From: Candidatus Fervidifonticultor secundus
GTDB taxonomy: Bacteria; Sysuimicrobiota; Sysuimicrobiia; Sysuimicrobiales; Humicultoraceae
Assembly: GCA_031459385.1 (NCBI GenBank)
Contig: JAVKIP010000009.1
Span: forward strand, 32,001-96,000
DNA length: 64,000 nt
Reading direction: 5' to 3'
The notes beneath the pieces are model-generated. The model searched no databases, was not told the DNA's origin, and saw nothing but the letters and a program-made list of their open reading frames with translations. A program made the position numbers and the translations under genes. Shown one piece after another: positions 36,850 to 46,103 of the stretch (the stretch's first letter is position 1; each line of letters opens with the position of its first letter).

Positions 36850-36932
36850 ACGCCAGGCGATGACGGGCATCGGCGAGCGCCCTGACGCGTCCGGCCCGCA
36901 CACGGGGTATAGTTTCCTCGGAGGCGATGCGG

Positions 36933-37508
36933 ATGCGATGGCTGCTGCTCCTGGCGACCCTGCTGGCGCTGGCGGCCGCGCCGGCGGCGCGCGCCCAGCC
37001 CGAGGGCCCGACCGGCGATGGCCCCCGGCCCGGCAGCCAGGTCCTCGGCGACGGGCTCATCATCCCGGGCCAGCGCGTGGGCCCGGCCCGGCTCACCATG
37101 ACCATCGAGCAGATCATCGCTGCGGTAGGCGGCCGGCCCCGGCGCGACGAGTTCCCCAGAGAGGGCATCGTGCTCTACGAGTGGCGCGCCGAGGGGCTGT
37201 GGGTGTCGCTGACCATGACCACCAGGCAGATCCGCCTGATCAGCGCCTTCGGCACCAGCGACCGTTACCGGACCGACAGGGGCGTCACCCTCATGATGCG
37301 TCGGGCCAACGCCGAGCAGATCTACGGCAAAACCTACAGGGAGTACCGCTACCCCGAGGATCGGGTGACGCGCCTCCACTACGACGACCTTGGCCTGCAG
37401 TTCGGCCTGGTCTTCCAGCCGTCTAACCCGATGCTGCACGACCGCATCTTCCAGATCGGCGTGTACCGGCCGGGCGTCCTGATGCCGGTCAAACGTCCGG
37501 CGGAATAG
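36933..37508 (+). CDS. Secreted hypothetical protein
   Basis: TATAGT -10 at 36908, GGAGG SD, signal peptide MRWLLLLATLLALAAAPAARA; IIPGQRVG motif. Confidence 0.8.
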   Translation: MRWLLLLATLLALAAAPAARAQPEGPTGDGPRPGSQVLGDGLIIPGQRVGPARLTMTIEQIIAAVGGRPRRDEFPREGIVLYEWRAEGLWVSLTMTTRQIRLISAFGTSDRYRTDRGVTLMMRRANAEQIYGKTYREYRYPEDRVTRLHYDDLGLQFGLVFQPSNPMLHDRIFQIGVYRPGVLMPVKRPAE

Positions 37509-37582
37509 CCCCCGCGGGCGGGCCCTCGCGCGCGGCGCCGCAGCACGGCGAAGGCGGGCCATCGCGCCTGGCGCCCCGCCGC

Positions 37583-38452
37583 CTACCCGTGCGGGCGGCC
37601 CAACGCTTCCGGCCTGGCCAGACCCCACCGCGTCCGGAACCACGGTGTCGAGATCACCGCCAGGATCAAAATCGTCGTGACGAAGGGCACCGTGCGCCAT
37701 ATGTAGCGCGACAGAATGCCCGGGAGCACCAGCTCGGGGCTGAGCGAGAGCTGCCACATCACGCCGAAGAGCAGCGAGCCGCCCAGGAGAATCACGGGGT
37801 TCCACAGCGCGAAGAAGACCAGGGCCAGGCTGACGAACCCCCACCCCATGAGGAAGTTGTAGTTCCAGACGGGGTTGTACGACAGCGTGTAGACCGCCCC
37901 GGACAGGCCGGCCAGCATACCCCCGCCGACGATGCACAGGTACCGCACGGCTGCGACGTCTATGCCCGAGGCCTCGGCGGCCGCGGGGTGCTCGCCCACC
38001 GAGCGAATCGCCAGCCCGAGGCTCGTCCGCGTCAGCAGCACCCAGGCGGCGCCCACCAGCGCAACCCCGAGGTAGACGAACGGCGAGACGCCCAGCAGCG
38101 GCGGAATGCGCCCCAGCCCCAGGGGGCCGGTGTAGGGGTTGCCGATGTAGGTCGTGAGCCCGAAGCTGAGGATCCACAGGCCCATTCCGCTCACGACCTG
38201 GTCGCCCCGCAGCGTGATGACGAAGAACCCGTGGGCGAGCCCGAGCACGGCGCCGATGGCGAGCGCCGCCGCGAAGCCCAGCGCGTGGCTGGCCGCGGCC
38301 TGGGCCGCGAGGAAGCCCAGCGTGCCGCCGAAGAGCATCACGCCCTCGAGCCCCACGTTCAGCACGCCCGCGCGCTGGTTGACGAGCTCGCCGAGCGCCG
38401 CGAACAGGAACACGGTGGAGGCTTCCAGGCTGCGCGCCAGCAGCTCGACCAC
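37583..38452 (-). CDS. Nucleoside/simple-sugar ABC permease
   Basis: GELVNQRAGVLNVGLEGVML, GLAIRSVGEHP. Confidence 0.9.
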   Translation of the reverse strand: MVELLARSLEASTVFLFAALGELVNQRAGVLNVGLEGVMLFGGTLGFLAAQAAASHALGFAAALAIGAVLGLAHGFFVITLRGDQVVSGMGLWILSFGLTTYIGNPYTGPLGLGRIPPLLGVSPFVYLGVALVGAAWVLLTRTSLGLAIRSVGEHPAAAEASGIDVAAVRYLCIVGGGMLAGLSGAVYTLSYNPVWNYNFLMGWGFVSLALVFFALWNPVILLGGSLLFGVMWQLSLSPELVLPGILSRYIWRTVPFVTTILILAVISTPWFRTRWGLARPEALGRPHG

Positions 38453-38463
38453 GGCCGGCCTCC

Positions 38464-39603
38464 CTAGGGGCGCTCCGGGGAGATGGCTGGGGCAACCGGC
38501 AGCGGCACCGGCCGCCAGACGATGCGGAAGTGGTACAGCACGTGCGAGCCGACGAACGTCATCATGAGCAGGCCGAGCATGGCGTAGTCGACGCCGAAGG
38601 GCAGGCGGAGCGCGCCCTGGGCGAAACGGGCGCCCAGCGACAGCCCGGCGAACAGCAGCGCGATGGGCACGGCGCCCAGCGAGCTGCCGCGGGCGATCAG
38701 CGCGCAGATGATCCCGTAGAAGGCCAGGTCGCCGTAGAAGCCGTAGTTGCCCGGGATCTTGTAGAGGCCCGGCACGGCCCCGAAGTAGTGGTAGCCGGCC
38801 AGGCCGGCGAACGCCCCGCCCATGAGGAAGACCAGCACCGTCAGCCGCACCGGCTGGATGCCGGCGTACCGGGCGGCGGCAGGGTTCTCGCCGAAGGCCC
38901 GCACCCGGTACCCCAGCGTCGTCCGCGCGAAGAAGACGTCGAGCAGGAGCGCCGCGGCCAGTGCCAGCGCGGCCGTGAGCGGCACGCCGTACACGAGCGG
39001 CGCGCGCAGGGCGGCCGGGAGCTCGAAGCCCTCGCCCTCGGCCGTGGCGCTCATGAACGGTCCGCCCTCCTTGATGACGTGCGCGACGAGCCAGAAGAGG
39101 ATTGAGTTGAGCATCATGGTCACGAGGATCTCGTTGACCTGGAACCGGGCCCGCAGGACGCCCACGGCACCCGCCAGCGCCGCGCCCGCCACGGCGGCGG
39201 CCGCGGCCATGAGCAGGATCACGAGCCCCGGTGCCGGCGGCGGGCCAAGGAGCTCGTGCGCGCGCAGGGCGAACGGCACCGCGAACGCTGCCAGGGCGCC
39301 CGCGTACACCTGGCCGGGCAGCCCGATGTTCCACAACCCCGCGCGCAGCGGGACGACGAACGCCAACGTGCACAGCAGCAGGTAGATCGCCCGGTGCACG
39401 GTGGCCACCAGGCCACGGGGGTTCAGGAACGCGTAGGCGAAGATGGCGCGGTAGGCCGAGACCACGTCGGCATCGCCGGAGAGGAACAGCACGCTGGAGA
39501 GGACCAGCGCCAGGAGAATGGCGAGCACCGCGGTCAGGACCGCATAGAGGGCCCCCTGGGCCGGCCGCGGCTCGAGGGTGAGGGCGTAGCGCCCGAGCCT
39601 CAC
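38464..39603 (-). CDS. Nucleoside/simple-sugar ABC permease
   Basis: RAGLWNIGLPGQ, VNEILVTMMLN, GENPAAARYAGI. Confidence 0.9.
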   Translation of the reverse strand: MRLGRYALTLEPRPAQGALYAVLTAVLAILLALVLSSVLFLSGDADVVSAYRAIFAYAFLNPRGLVATVHRAIYLLLCTLAFVVPLRAGLWNIGLPGQVYAGALAAFAVPFALRAHELLGPPPAPGLVILLMAAAAAVAGAALAGAVGVLRARFQVNEILVTMMLNSILFWLVAHVIKEGGPFMSATAEGEGFELPAALRAPLVYGVPLTAALALAAALLLDVFFARTTLGYRVRAFGENPAAARYAGIQPVRLTVLVFLMGGAFAGLAGYHYFGAVPGLYKIPGNYGFYGDLAFYGIICALIARGSSLGAVPIALLFAGLSLGARFAQGALRLPFGVDYAMLGLLMMTFVGSHVLYHFRIVWRPVPLPVAPAISPERP

Positions 39604-41159
39604 GGCGCGCCGGCCTCCTCCGGACGCAGGCCGGCCATCATGGCGCCCACGGTCTCGGCGTCGGCCTCCGCCCGGGGGAGCACCGCGACGAACCGGCCTT
39701 CGTACATGGCGGCCACGCGGTCGCTCAGGGACAGGATCTCGTCGAGGTCTTCCGAGATGAGCAGCACCGCGGCGCCGGCTGCCCGGGCCTCCAGGAGCTT
39801 GCCGCGCACGAACGCGGTAGCCTCGACGTCCAGCCCCTGCGTGGGCAGGTGGGCGATTAGCACGCGCGGGGCGCGGGCCAGCACGCGGCCGAGGATGAGC
39901 TTCTGGAGGTTGCCGCCCGAGAGGTGGCGCGCCGGGGCCCAGGCGTGCGCGGCCTGCACCCGGTAGGTGGCCAGGATGCGGGCCGTCAGCGCTTCGAGGC
40001 CCCCATAGTCGAACAGCCCCCGCCGCGAGTAGGCCGGATCGAAGTGGAAGTTCATGGCGGTGTTCTCGACCAGCGAGAACGCCGCGATGGACGCCACTTC
40101 GGTGCGCTCGGCCGGAATGTAGCCGATCCCCATGCGCCACCGGTCCAGCGGCGAGGCCGCGGTGATGTCGCGGCCGTCGAAGCGGACTGTCCCGGCGACG
40201 GCGGGCCGCAGGCCCGCCAGGACCTGCGCGAGTTCCTCCTGGCCGTTGCCCGTGACCCCGGCCACGCCCAGGATCTCTCCTTCGCGCAGCGTAAACGAGA
40301 GCCCGCGCAGGGCCAGCAGGTTCTTGTCGCTGTAGGCCACCAGGTGCTCGACCTCCAGCACGGGCCGGCCGGCGGCTGCCGGCGCGGCCACCAGGGGCAG
40401 CGTCACGTCCTGGCCGATCATGTGCTGCACCAGCGTCGCCTCGGTGGCCTGTGCAGTCGGCAGGCGCGCCGCCACCCGCCCCGCCCGCAACACAGTCACC
40501 CGGTGGCTGAGCGCCATGACGACGGGAAGCTTGTGGGTGACGAGCAGCACGGTCAGCTGCTGCTCCCGGACCATGGTCGCGAGGGCGGCCAGCAGCGTCT
40601 TGACCTCGGGCGGCGTCAGCGCCGAGGTGGGCTCGTCGAGGATCAGGATCCGCGCGCCGCCGTAGAGGGCCTTGAGGATTTCGACCCACTGCTTCTGGCC
40701 CTCGGAGAGCTGCCAGACCCTGGCGCCCAGGTCGGTGGTGATGCCGTAGCGCGCGCAGTAGGCCTCCAGCTCGGATCGCGCGCGGCGCAGGTCGAGCAGG
40801 CCCCGCGCGCGGGGATGACCCAGGATGATGTTCTCGACCACGGTGTGGGCGGCCACGAGCCGTCGGGTCTGGTGGACCATGCCGATCCCCGCGGCCAGCG
40901 CGTCGTGCGGGGACCAGAACGCCACGGGCCGGCCGCGCAGGACGATCAGGCCCTCGTCGGGCTGCACCAGGCCGAACAGGATGTTCATCAGGGTGGTCTT
41001 GCCGGCGCCGTTCTGGCCCAGGATCGCGTGCACCTCGCCGGCGCGGACGTCGAGGTCGACGCGGTCGAGGGCGAGCACGCCGGGGAAGCGCTTGCTGATC
41101 CCCCGCGCCTCCAGGATCACGTCGCCGGCTGGCAGCCCTTCCGGCATCGGGGCGGACAT
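39600..41159 (-). CDS. Double-domain ABC ATP-binding protein (nucleoside type)
   Basis: GQNGAGKTT, ILDEPT, GVTGNGQEEL, LSGGNLQK. Confidence 0.92.
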   Translation of the reverse strand: MSAPMPEGLPAGDVILEARGISKRFPGVLALDRVDLDVRAGEVHAILGQNGAGKTTLMNILFGLVQPDEGLIVLRGRPVAFWSPHDALAAGIGMVHQTRRLVAAHTVVENIILGHPRARGLLDLRRARSELEAYCARYGITTDLGARVWQLSEGQKQWVEILKALYGGARILILDEPTSALTPPEVKTLLAALATMVREQQLTVLLVTHKLPVVMALSHRVTVLRAGRVAARLPTAQATEATLVQHMIGQDVTLPLVAAPAAAGRPVLEVEHLVAYSDKNLLALRGLSFTLREGEILGVAGVTGNGQEELAQVLAGLRPAVAGTVRFDGRDITAASPLDRWRMGIGYIPAERTEVASIAAFSLVENTAMNFHFDPAYSRRGLFDYGGLEALTARILATYRVQAAHAWAPARHLSGGNLQKLILGRVLARAPRVLIAHLPTQGLDVEATAFVRGKLLEARAAGAAVLLISEDLDEILSLSDRVAAMYEGRFVAVLPRAEADAETVGAMMAGLRPEEAGAP

Positions 41160-41329
41160 CGGCCCGCGCAGCGCAGCGCGGCGGGAAGGCGGTAAGGCGA
41201 CGCCGGCGGCCGGTCCGGCGGGCGAGGCGGCAGGTCTCCTCCCGGGGCCTGACGCCCCGGGAGGACGACCGCCCGCCACAGCGGCCTACGGGTCCGGGCG
41301 GCGCGCGGCACCGGGCCTCACGGCAGGTG

Positions 41330-42595
41330 TCACTTAAGGATGGTCATGCCCTCCAGCGCGAAGTTGAACTTCGACAGCAGCCACTCGTCCGAGGGCATCT
41401 CGCCGGCCTTCTTCACCACGGTGCCCCTGGCCGGGACCGGCAGGTCCTTGAGCGCCAGGCCGCTGCCGTTGCTCACCAGGGCGTGAACCCGGAAGGGATC
41501 CCACTGGCCCTTCATCATCTGGTCGCGGCGCTGCGCCACGAGCCGGACGATCGACTCCGGGAGCGCGCGCCGGGCCTTGGGGCTGATGGCGTCTACGCCC
41601 ACCTTCTTGTTGTTCATGATGTCCACCGCGGCCTCCACGGTGCCGTCGGCCAGGGTCATCGTGTCCTTCATGCCCAGGTAGAGCAGCGTGGGCGGCGACT
41701 GGTTGCCGGCCAGCTGGGCGCGCACCATCCGGTCGTAGAGGACCTCCCAGCGGGTATCGAACGAGATGGCCACGGTGTCGGTGTTGGACCAGCCGTAGAA
41801 GCCCACGATGTCCATGTCCTTGCCCACGAACCAGATTCCCCGCTCCTGCGCGACGTCCAGGGGCGAGCCGGAGTCGGTCTGCTGGGTCAGCACGTCCACC
41901 CTCTGCTGGCTCACCAGCGTCCGGGCCACCTCGCGCTCCTCGGTAGGCTTGTACCAGTCGCCCACGTACTTCACGTAGACGGTGACGCGCTTGCCCAGGG
42001 CCTTCGCCGCGTCCTGGACGCCCAGGTAGAACCCGGCCGTCCGGCGCAGCACCTGGACGTTGGGGAACGCGGAGACGACCCCGATGTTCCCGGTCTTCGT
42101 CAGGGCGCCCGCGACGAGGCCCTCCAGGTAGAGGGCCTGGTACTGGCGCGGGAAGAACCGGATGAAGTTCCGCTTCTGGGTGATGTCGCTGGCGACGACC
42201 GAGCCGAAGTAGACGTTGGGGTAGCGATCGGCGATCTCCTTGAGCGGCAGGCCCATGAACTCGGCGTTGCCCACCACGATGGTGGCGCCCTGGCGAATCA
42301 GCTCCTCTGCGAAGGGCACCGTGGAGTCGGGACCCACCTCCTCGCGGTAGACGTATTTCACGTTCGGGTACTTCTGCGCGATCCGCTGGCCCGCGCGGTG
42401 GTGCGCGCCGGACCACGTGGTGCCCTTGATCACGCTGAAGTGCAGGATGGCCAGCGTCGCCGTCGGGCCTGCGGCCGCCGACGTCGGCGCGGGCTGCCAC
42501 GCCGCGGCGCCCGCGAGCAGCGCCGTGCTCAGGAGCGCGATCGCCAGAGCGCGCAGGGCAGCGATCCCCGTGCGTGCACGAGCCTCTCCAGCCAT
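41330..42595 (-). CDS. BMP family ABC substrate-binding protein
   Basis: TWSGAHH, YLEGLVAG, VGDWYKP..E, QQTDS. Confidence 0.88.
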   Translation of the reverse strand: MAGEARARTGIAALRALAIALLSTALLAGAAAWQPAPTSAAAGPTATLAILHFSVIKGTTWSGAHHRAGQRIAQKYPNVKYVYREEVGPDSTVPFAEELIRQGATIVVGNAEFMGLPLKEIADRYPNVYFGSVVASDITQKRNFIRFFPRQYQALYLEGLVAGALTKTGNIGVVSAFPNVQVLRRTAGFYLGVQDAAKALGKRVTVYVKYVGDWYKPTEEREVARTLVSQQRVDVLTQQTDSGSPLDVAQERGIWFVGKDMDIVGFYGWSNTDTVAISFDTRWEVLYDRMVRAQLAGNQSPPTLLYLGMKDTMTLADGTVEAAVDIMNNKKVGVDAISPKARRALPESIVRLVAQRRDQMMKGQWDPFRVHALVSNGSGLALKDLPVPARGTVVKKAGEMPSDEWLLSKFNFALEGMTILK

Positions 42596-42716
42596 ATGGG
42601 TCCTCCCCCGACGTGATTGGGCATCTGATTCCCCGCCCGCGGCCTGGCCCCCTGCACGGAGGCCGCAGCGTGCTGCTGGCAGGATGTCCCGGCGCCCTCC
42701 AACCGCGCCCTGCCCG

Positions 42717-44210
42717 CTAGAAGAAACTGGCCGTGCGCCTCGCGCCGGTGTAATCCAGGTAGACGACCTTCAGCTCGCTGTAGAAGTCGATGGCCACGCT
42801 GCCCTGCTCGCGGGGGCCCACGCCGGTGGCCTTGGTCCCGCCGAAGGGGAGGTGCGCCTCGCCGCCCACGGTCGGGTTGTTGATGTGGACGATGCCGACC
42901 TCGCTGCGGTCGACGAACCGCATGGCCCTGGCCAGGTCCTGGGTGTAGATCGAGGAGGCCAGCCCGTAGGGGACCGCGTTGGCCGCCTCCACCGCCGCGT
43001 CGAAGTCGGGCACGCGGCAGACCGACAGCACCGGGCCGAAGATCTCCTCCTGGAAGATGCGCATCTGGGGCGTGACGTGGTCGAAGACCGTGGGCTCCAC
43101 GAAGTACCCCCGGCCGAGGGCGCCGTCGGTGAGGCGCCGGCCGCCGGTCACCAGCCGCGCACCCTCCTCCTGGCCGATGGCGATGTAGCGCAGCACCGTC
43201 TTCATCTGGGACTCGTCCACCGACGGCCCCACCTGGGTCTGCGGGTCGAGTCCGTCGCCCACCACGAGCGCCCGTGCCCGCGACGCCAGCTCTTCGACGA
43301 ACCGGTCGGCGATGCGCTCGACGACGATGACCCGGCTAGTGGCGGTGCAGCGCTGGCCGGTGGAGCCGTAGGCCCCCTGCACCGTGCCGGCGAGCGCCAG
43401 CTCCAGGTCCGCATCCTCCAGGACGACGACGGGGTTCTTGCCGCCCATCTCGGCCTGCACGCGCCGTCCGCCGGTGGCCGCCCGCTCGTAGAGCTTGATC
43501 CCCACGTCGTTGGAGCCGGTGAACGACACCGCCCGCACCGCGGGGTGGGTGATCAGCTCGTCGCCGACGGTGACCCCGGGTCCGATGACCATGTTCAGGA
43601 CGCCGTCGGGCAGCCCCGCCTCCTGGAAGATCTCCACAAGCGCCGAGGCCGTCCACGGGGTGAGGGTCGCCGGCTTGAACACAACGGTGTTGCCGCAGAC
43701 CAGCGCCGGCGCGATCTTCCAGATGGGGATCGCCGCCGGGAAGTTCCACGGCGTGATGAGGGCCACGACGCCCAGCGGCTCGCGCCTGGTGTAGGTGAAC
43801 GTGTTGGGCAGTTCGCTGGGCAGCGTCTCACCCCGCAGCCGCCGCCCTTCGCCGGCGATGTACTCGAGGATGTTGCGGCTGCGCACCAGTTCGCCCGTGG
43901 ACTCGGCGCGGGTCTTGCCTTCCTCGCGGGTGAGGATCTCTGCCAGGCGCGGCATCTCCCGCTCGAAGAGCTCGAGCGCCTTGAACAGGATGCGGCCGCG
44001 CACCGGCCCCGGCGTGTCCCGCCACCTGGGGAACGCCTCGCTCGCGGCCTGGATGGCGGCGCGCGCCTCCTCGCGCGTCGAGAGCGGCACCTGACCCAGG
44101 ACCTCGCCCGTGGCCGGGTTGCGGTTGGCCACCAGGCGTTCGGACGCCGAGGCGACCCAGCGGCCGCCGATGAAGTTCTTGTAGGTCTGCTCGCCCGCGA
44201 CAATGGCCAT
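42717..44210 (-). CDS. Aldehyde dehydrogenase (2,5-dioxopentanoate dehydrogenase-like)
   Basis: ITPWNFP, SFTGS, EMGGKNP, GQRCTATS, EEIFGP. Confidence 0.92.
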   Translation of the reverse strand: MAIVAGEQTYKNFIGGRWVASASERLVANRNPATGEVLGQVPLSTREEARAAIQAASEAFPRWRDTPGPVRGRILFKALELFEREMPRLAEILTREEGKTRAESTGELVRSRNILEYIAGEGRRLRGETLPSELPNTFTYTRREPLGVVALITPWNFPAAIPIWKIAPALVCGNTVVFKPATLTPWTASALVEIFQEAGLPDGVLNMVIGPGVTVGDELITHPAVRAVSFTGSNDVGIKLYERAATGGRRVQAEMGGKNPVVVLEDADLELALAGTVQGAYGSTGQRCTATSRVIVVERIADRFVEELASRARALVVGDGLDPQTQVGPSVDESQMKTVLRYIAIGQEEGARLVTGGRRLTDGALGRGYFVEPTVFDHVTPQMRIFQEEIFGPVLSVCRVPDFDAAVEAANAVPYGLASSIYTQDLARAMRFVDRSEVGIVHINNPTVGGEAHLPFGGTKATGVGPREQGSVAIDFYSELKVVYLDYTGARRTASFF

Positions 44211-44276
44211 GGCCTGCCCCTCCCTCCAGCACGTCGGCACCGGGGTGGTTCTGCGCGCGTGGGCCGCAGTCCTGGC

Positions 44277-45212
44277 TCACCGCAGGAGCGCCAGGACGCC
44301 CAGCCCCGCGTACGTGACACCGGCGGCGGCCGCAATGCTCACCAGCCAGCCCGCAGGCACCAGCCAGAAGATCCGGCGGTTCACCGCCACGATGCCTTTC
44401 GTCAACCCCACCCCCACCACCGCTCCCACCATTGCCTGCGAGGTAGACACGGGTACGCCCAGCTGTGTGAACAGGTGGGTGGTGAGGGCCGTGGCCGAGG
44501 CCGCCACCAGGGCCGAGGCGGGGTCGAGCGCCGTAATCTGGTTGCCGACCAGCAGGATCACGCGCCGGCTGAAGGTCAGGACGCCGGCGGCGATGGCCGC
44601 GCCGCCCAGCGCCGCGCCGGCGGCCGGGCTCAACACGCCCGCCGCCACGGCCGGCGCCATGGCGTTGCCGACGTTGTTGGAGCCCAGCGCGTAGGCCGCG
44701 TAGCAGCCCACCAGCACGGCCGTCACGCGCACCAGGCGGTCGAAGAGGCGGGCGTCGAGCCCGCGGGCCTGCTGCAGGACCGCCAGCAGCCGGTAGAGCA
44801 GGTAGGCGATGGCGCCGGCGCCCACCGGTGCCGTCACCATCGACGCGATCAGCCTGGCCAGGATCCCCCGGTGGATCCCGGTCGGCGCCGTCGTGCCCAC
44901 CGCCACCAGGGCCCCGACGATGGCGTGCGAGGTGGAGATCGGCAGCCCCAGCGCCGTCATGGTATGCACGCTCACCCCGGCCGCCAGCGTGGCCACCGCG
45001 GCGGTCTGCGGCCGCAGGCGGGTCAGGCCGCCCACGGTGCCGAACACCTTCTGCCCTTCCACCACGGCGCCCAGGCAGGCGAAGATGGCGGCCAGGACCA
45101 CCGCGCGCCGGAAGGCGATGACCCCGGCCCCGATCTGCGGGCCGAACGTGTTGGCGGCGTCGTTGGCGCCGACGCCCCACCCGAGGTAGAGGGCCGGCAG
45201 CAGCGCCAGCAT
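44277..45212 (-). CDS. PiT family inorganic phosphate transporter
   Basis: GANDAAN and GSNNVGN signatures; PISTSH/PVSTSQ. Confidence 0.9.
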   Translation of the reverse strand: MLALLPALYLGWGVGANDAANTFGPQIGAGVIAFRRAVVLAAIFACLGAVVEGQKVFGTVGGLTRLRPQTAAVATLAAGVSVHTMTALGLPISTSHAIVGALVAVGTTAPTGIHRGILARLIASMVTAPVGAGAIAYLLYRLLAVLQQARGLDARLFDRLVRVTAVLVGCYAAYALGSNNVGNAMAPAVAAGVLSPAAGAALGGAAIAAGVLTFSRRVILLVGNQITALDPASALVAASATALTTHLFTQLGVPVSTSQAMVGAVVGVGLTKGIVAVNRRIFWLVPAGWLVSIAAAAGVTYAGLGVLALLR

Positions 45213-45881
45213 CTACAACTTGAGGCCGATCAGCAGGATCTCCAGACGGTCGCCGGCGTCCTCCACGTCGTCGGAGATCTCGGTGAGCGTCTCGAGGAAG
45301 GCCTTGACGTGCATCCGGGCTGCCAGCGTCTGGGACGACGTGAAGATCTGCCGCGTGACCTTCCACTCGTGGTCGTCGATGGTGGACTCGGTGATCCCCA
45401 CCTGCTTGAGGCGCTCGCGGATGGCGCCCTGGTCGCCGGCGGTCAGGTACAGGGCGACGGCGTCGTGCAGCGCGGCAAAGGCCTCGCGGGTCAGCCGGAC
45501 GATCTCGCGCAGGGTATCGGCGTACTCCGCGGGGATCTCGGGGCGCTGGCCCAGCAGGAAGTCGCAGGTGACCTCGGCCGCGTCCGCGATCATGTCCACT
45601 CGCTCGACGAAGTCGTGGATGTCGGGCCGCGCGACGGGCAGGAACGCCCCGCGGTAGAGCAGGTCGATCACCGAGCGCCGCAGCTGGTCGGCCTCGGTCT
45701 CCAGGTGGTCGACCTCGATGGCGCCCGCTTTCGCCTCGTCGAGGCGCCCGGCCAGGTAGTCGTCGAGGACCTCGCCTGCCCGTGCCACGCACTCGCCCAC
45801 CTTGTCGAGGTGCCGCCGGATGAGCGAACGGACCTCGGCCTCCCGGCCCTGTCCGAACAAGAACTCCACGACCCTGCTCAC
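45213..45881 (-). CDS. DUF47 (PhoU-like, TIGR00153) protein
   Basis: LETEADQLRR, DMIADAAE, ISDDVEDAGD; adjacent to PiT. Confidence 0.9.
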   Translation of the reverse strand: MSRVVEFLFGQGREAEVRSLIRRHLDKVGECVARAGEVLDDYLAGRLDEAKAGAIEVDHLETEADQLRRSVIDLLYRGAFLPVARPDIHDFVERVDMIADAAEVTCDFLLGQRPEIPAEYADTLREIVRLTREAFAALHDAVALYLTAGDQGAIRERLKQVGITESTIDDHEWKVTRQIFTSSQTLAARMHVKAFLETLTEISDDVEDAGDRLEILLIGLKL

Positions 45882-45950
45882 CGGCGCACCTCCAGCGTGA
45901 CCTCCGCCCGTACGCCCCGTGACTTCTGCGACAGGGGCAGGCCGCCCTCT

Positions 45951-46013
45951 GCCGCGGCATCCGCTGCTGCGGCGTCCGTTGCCGGGGCCTCCGCTGCAGT
46001 GGCGTCCGTTGCC
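45951..46013. repeat. Degenerate 15-bp tandem repeat x4
   Basis: GCCGCGGCATCCGCT/GCTGCGGCGTCCGTT/GCCGGGGCCTCCGCT/GCAGTGGCGTCCGTT. Confidence 0.75.
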
Positions 46014-46103
46014 CCGGGCAGGAGCCCGTTTTCCGTGCCCCGAACACTATGTTCTCTTCCGTCCGGCCGCGGCGGCCGGCGGACGACGCCCTGGAGGGGC
46101 CGG

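Noticed and set aside
42596..42716. Possible purine riboswitch upstream of the BMP transporter
   Set aside because: No recognisable aptamer consensus.
46041..46054. CGAAC-ACTAT-GTTC as a second SOS box
   Set aside because: Spacer is 5 nt rather than 4 and the flanking genes are not DNA-repair genes; it could still be another operator.
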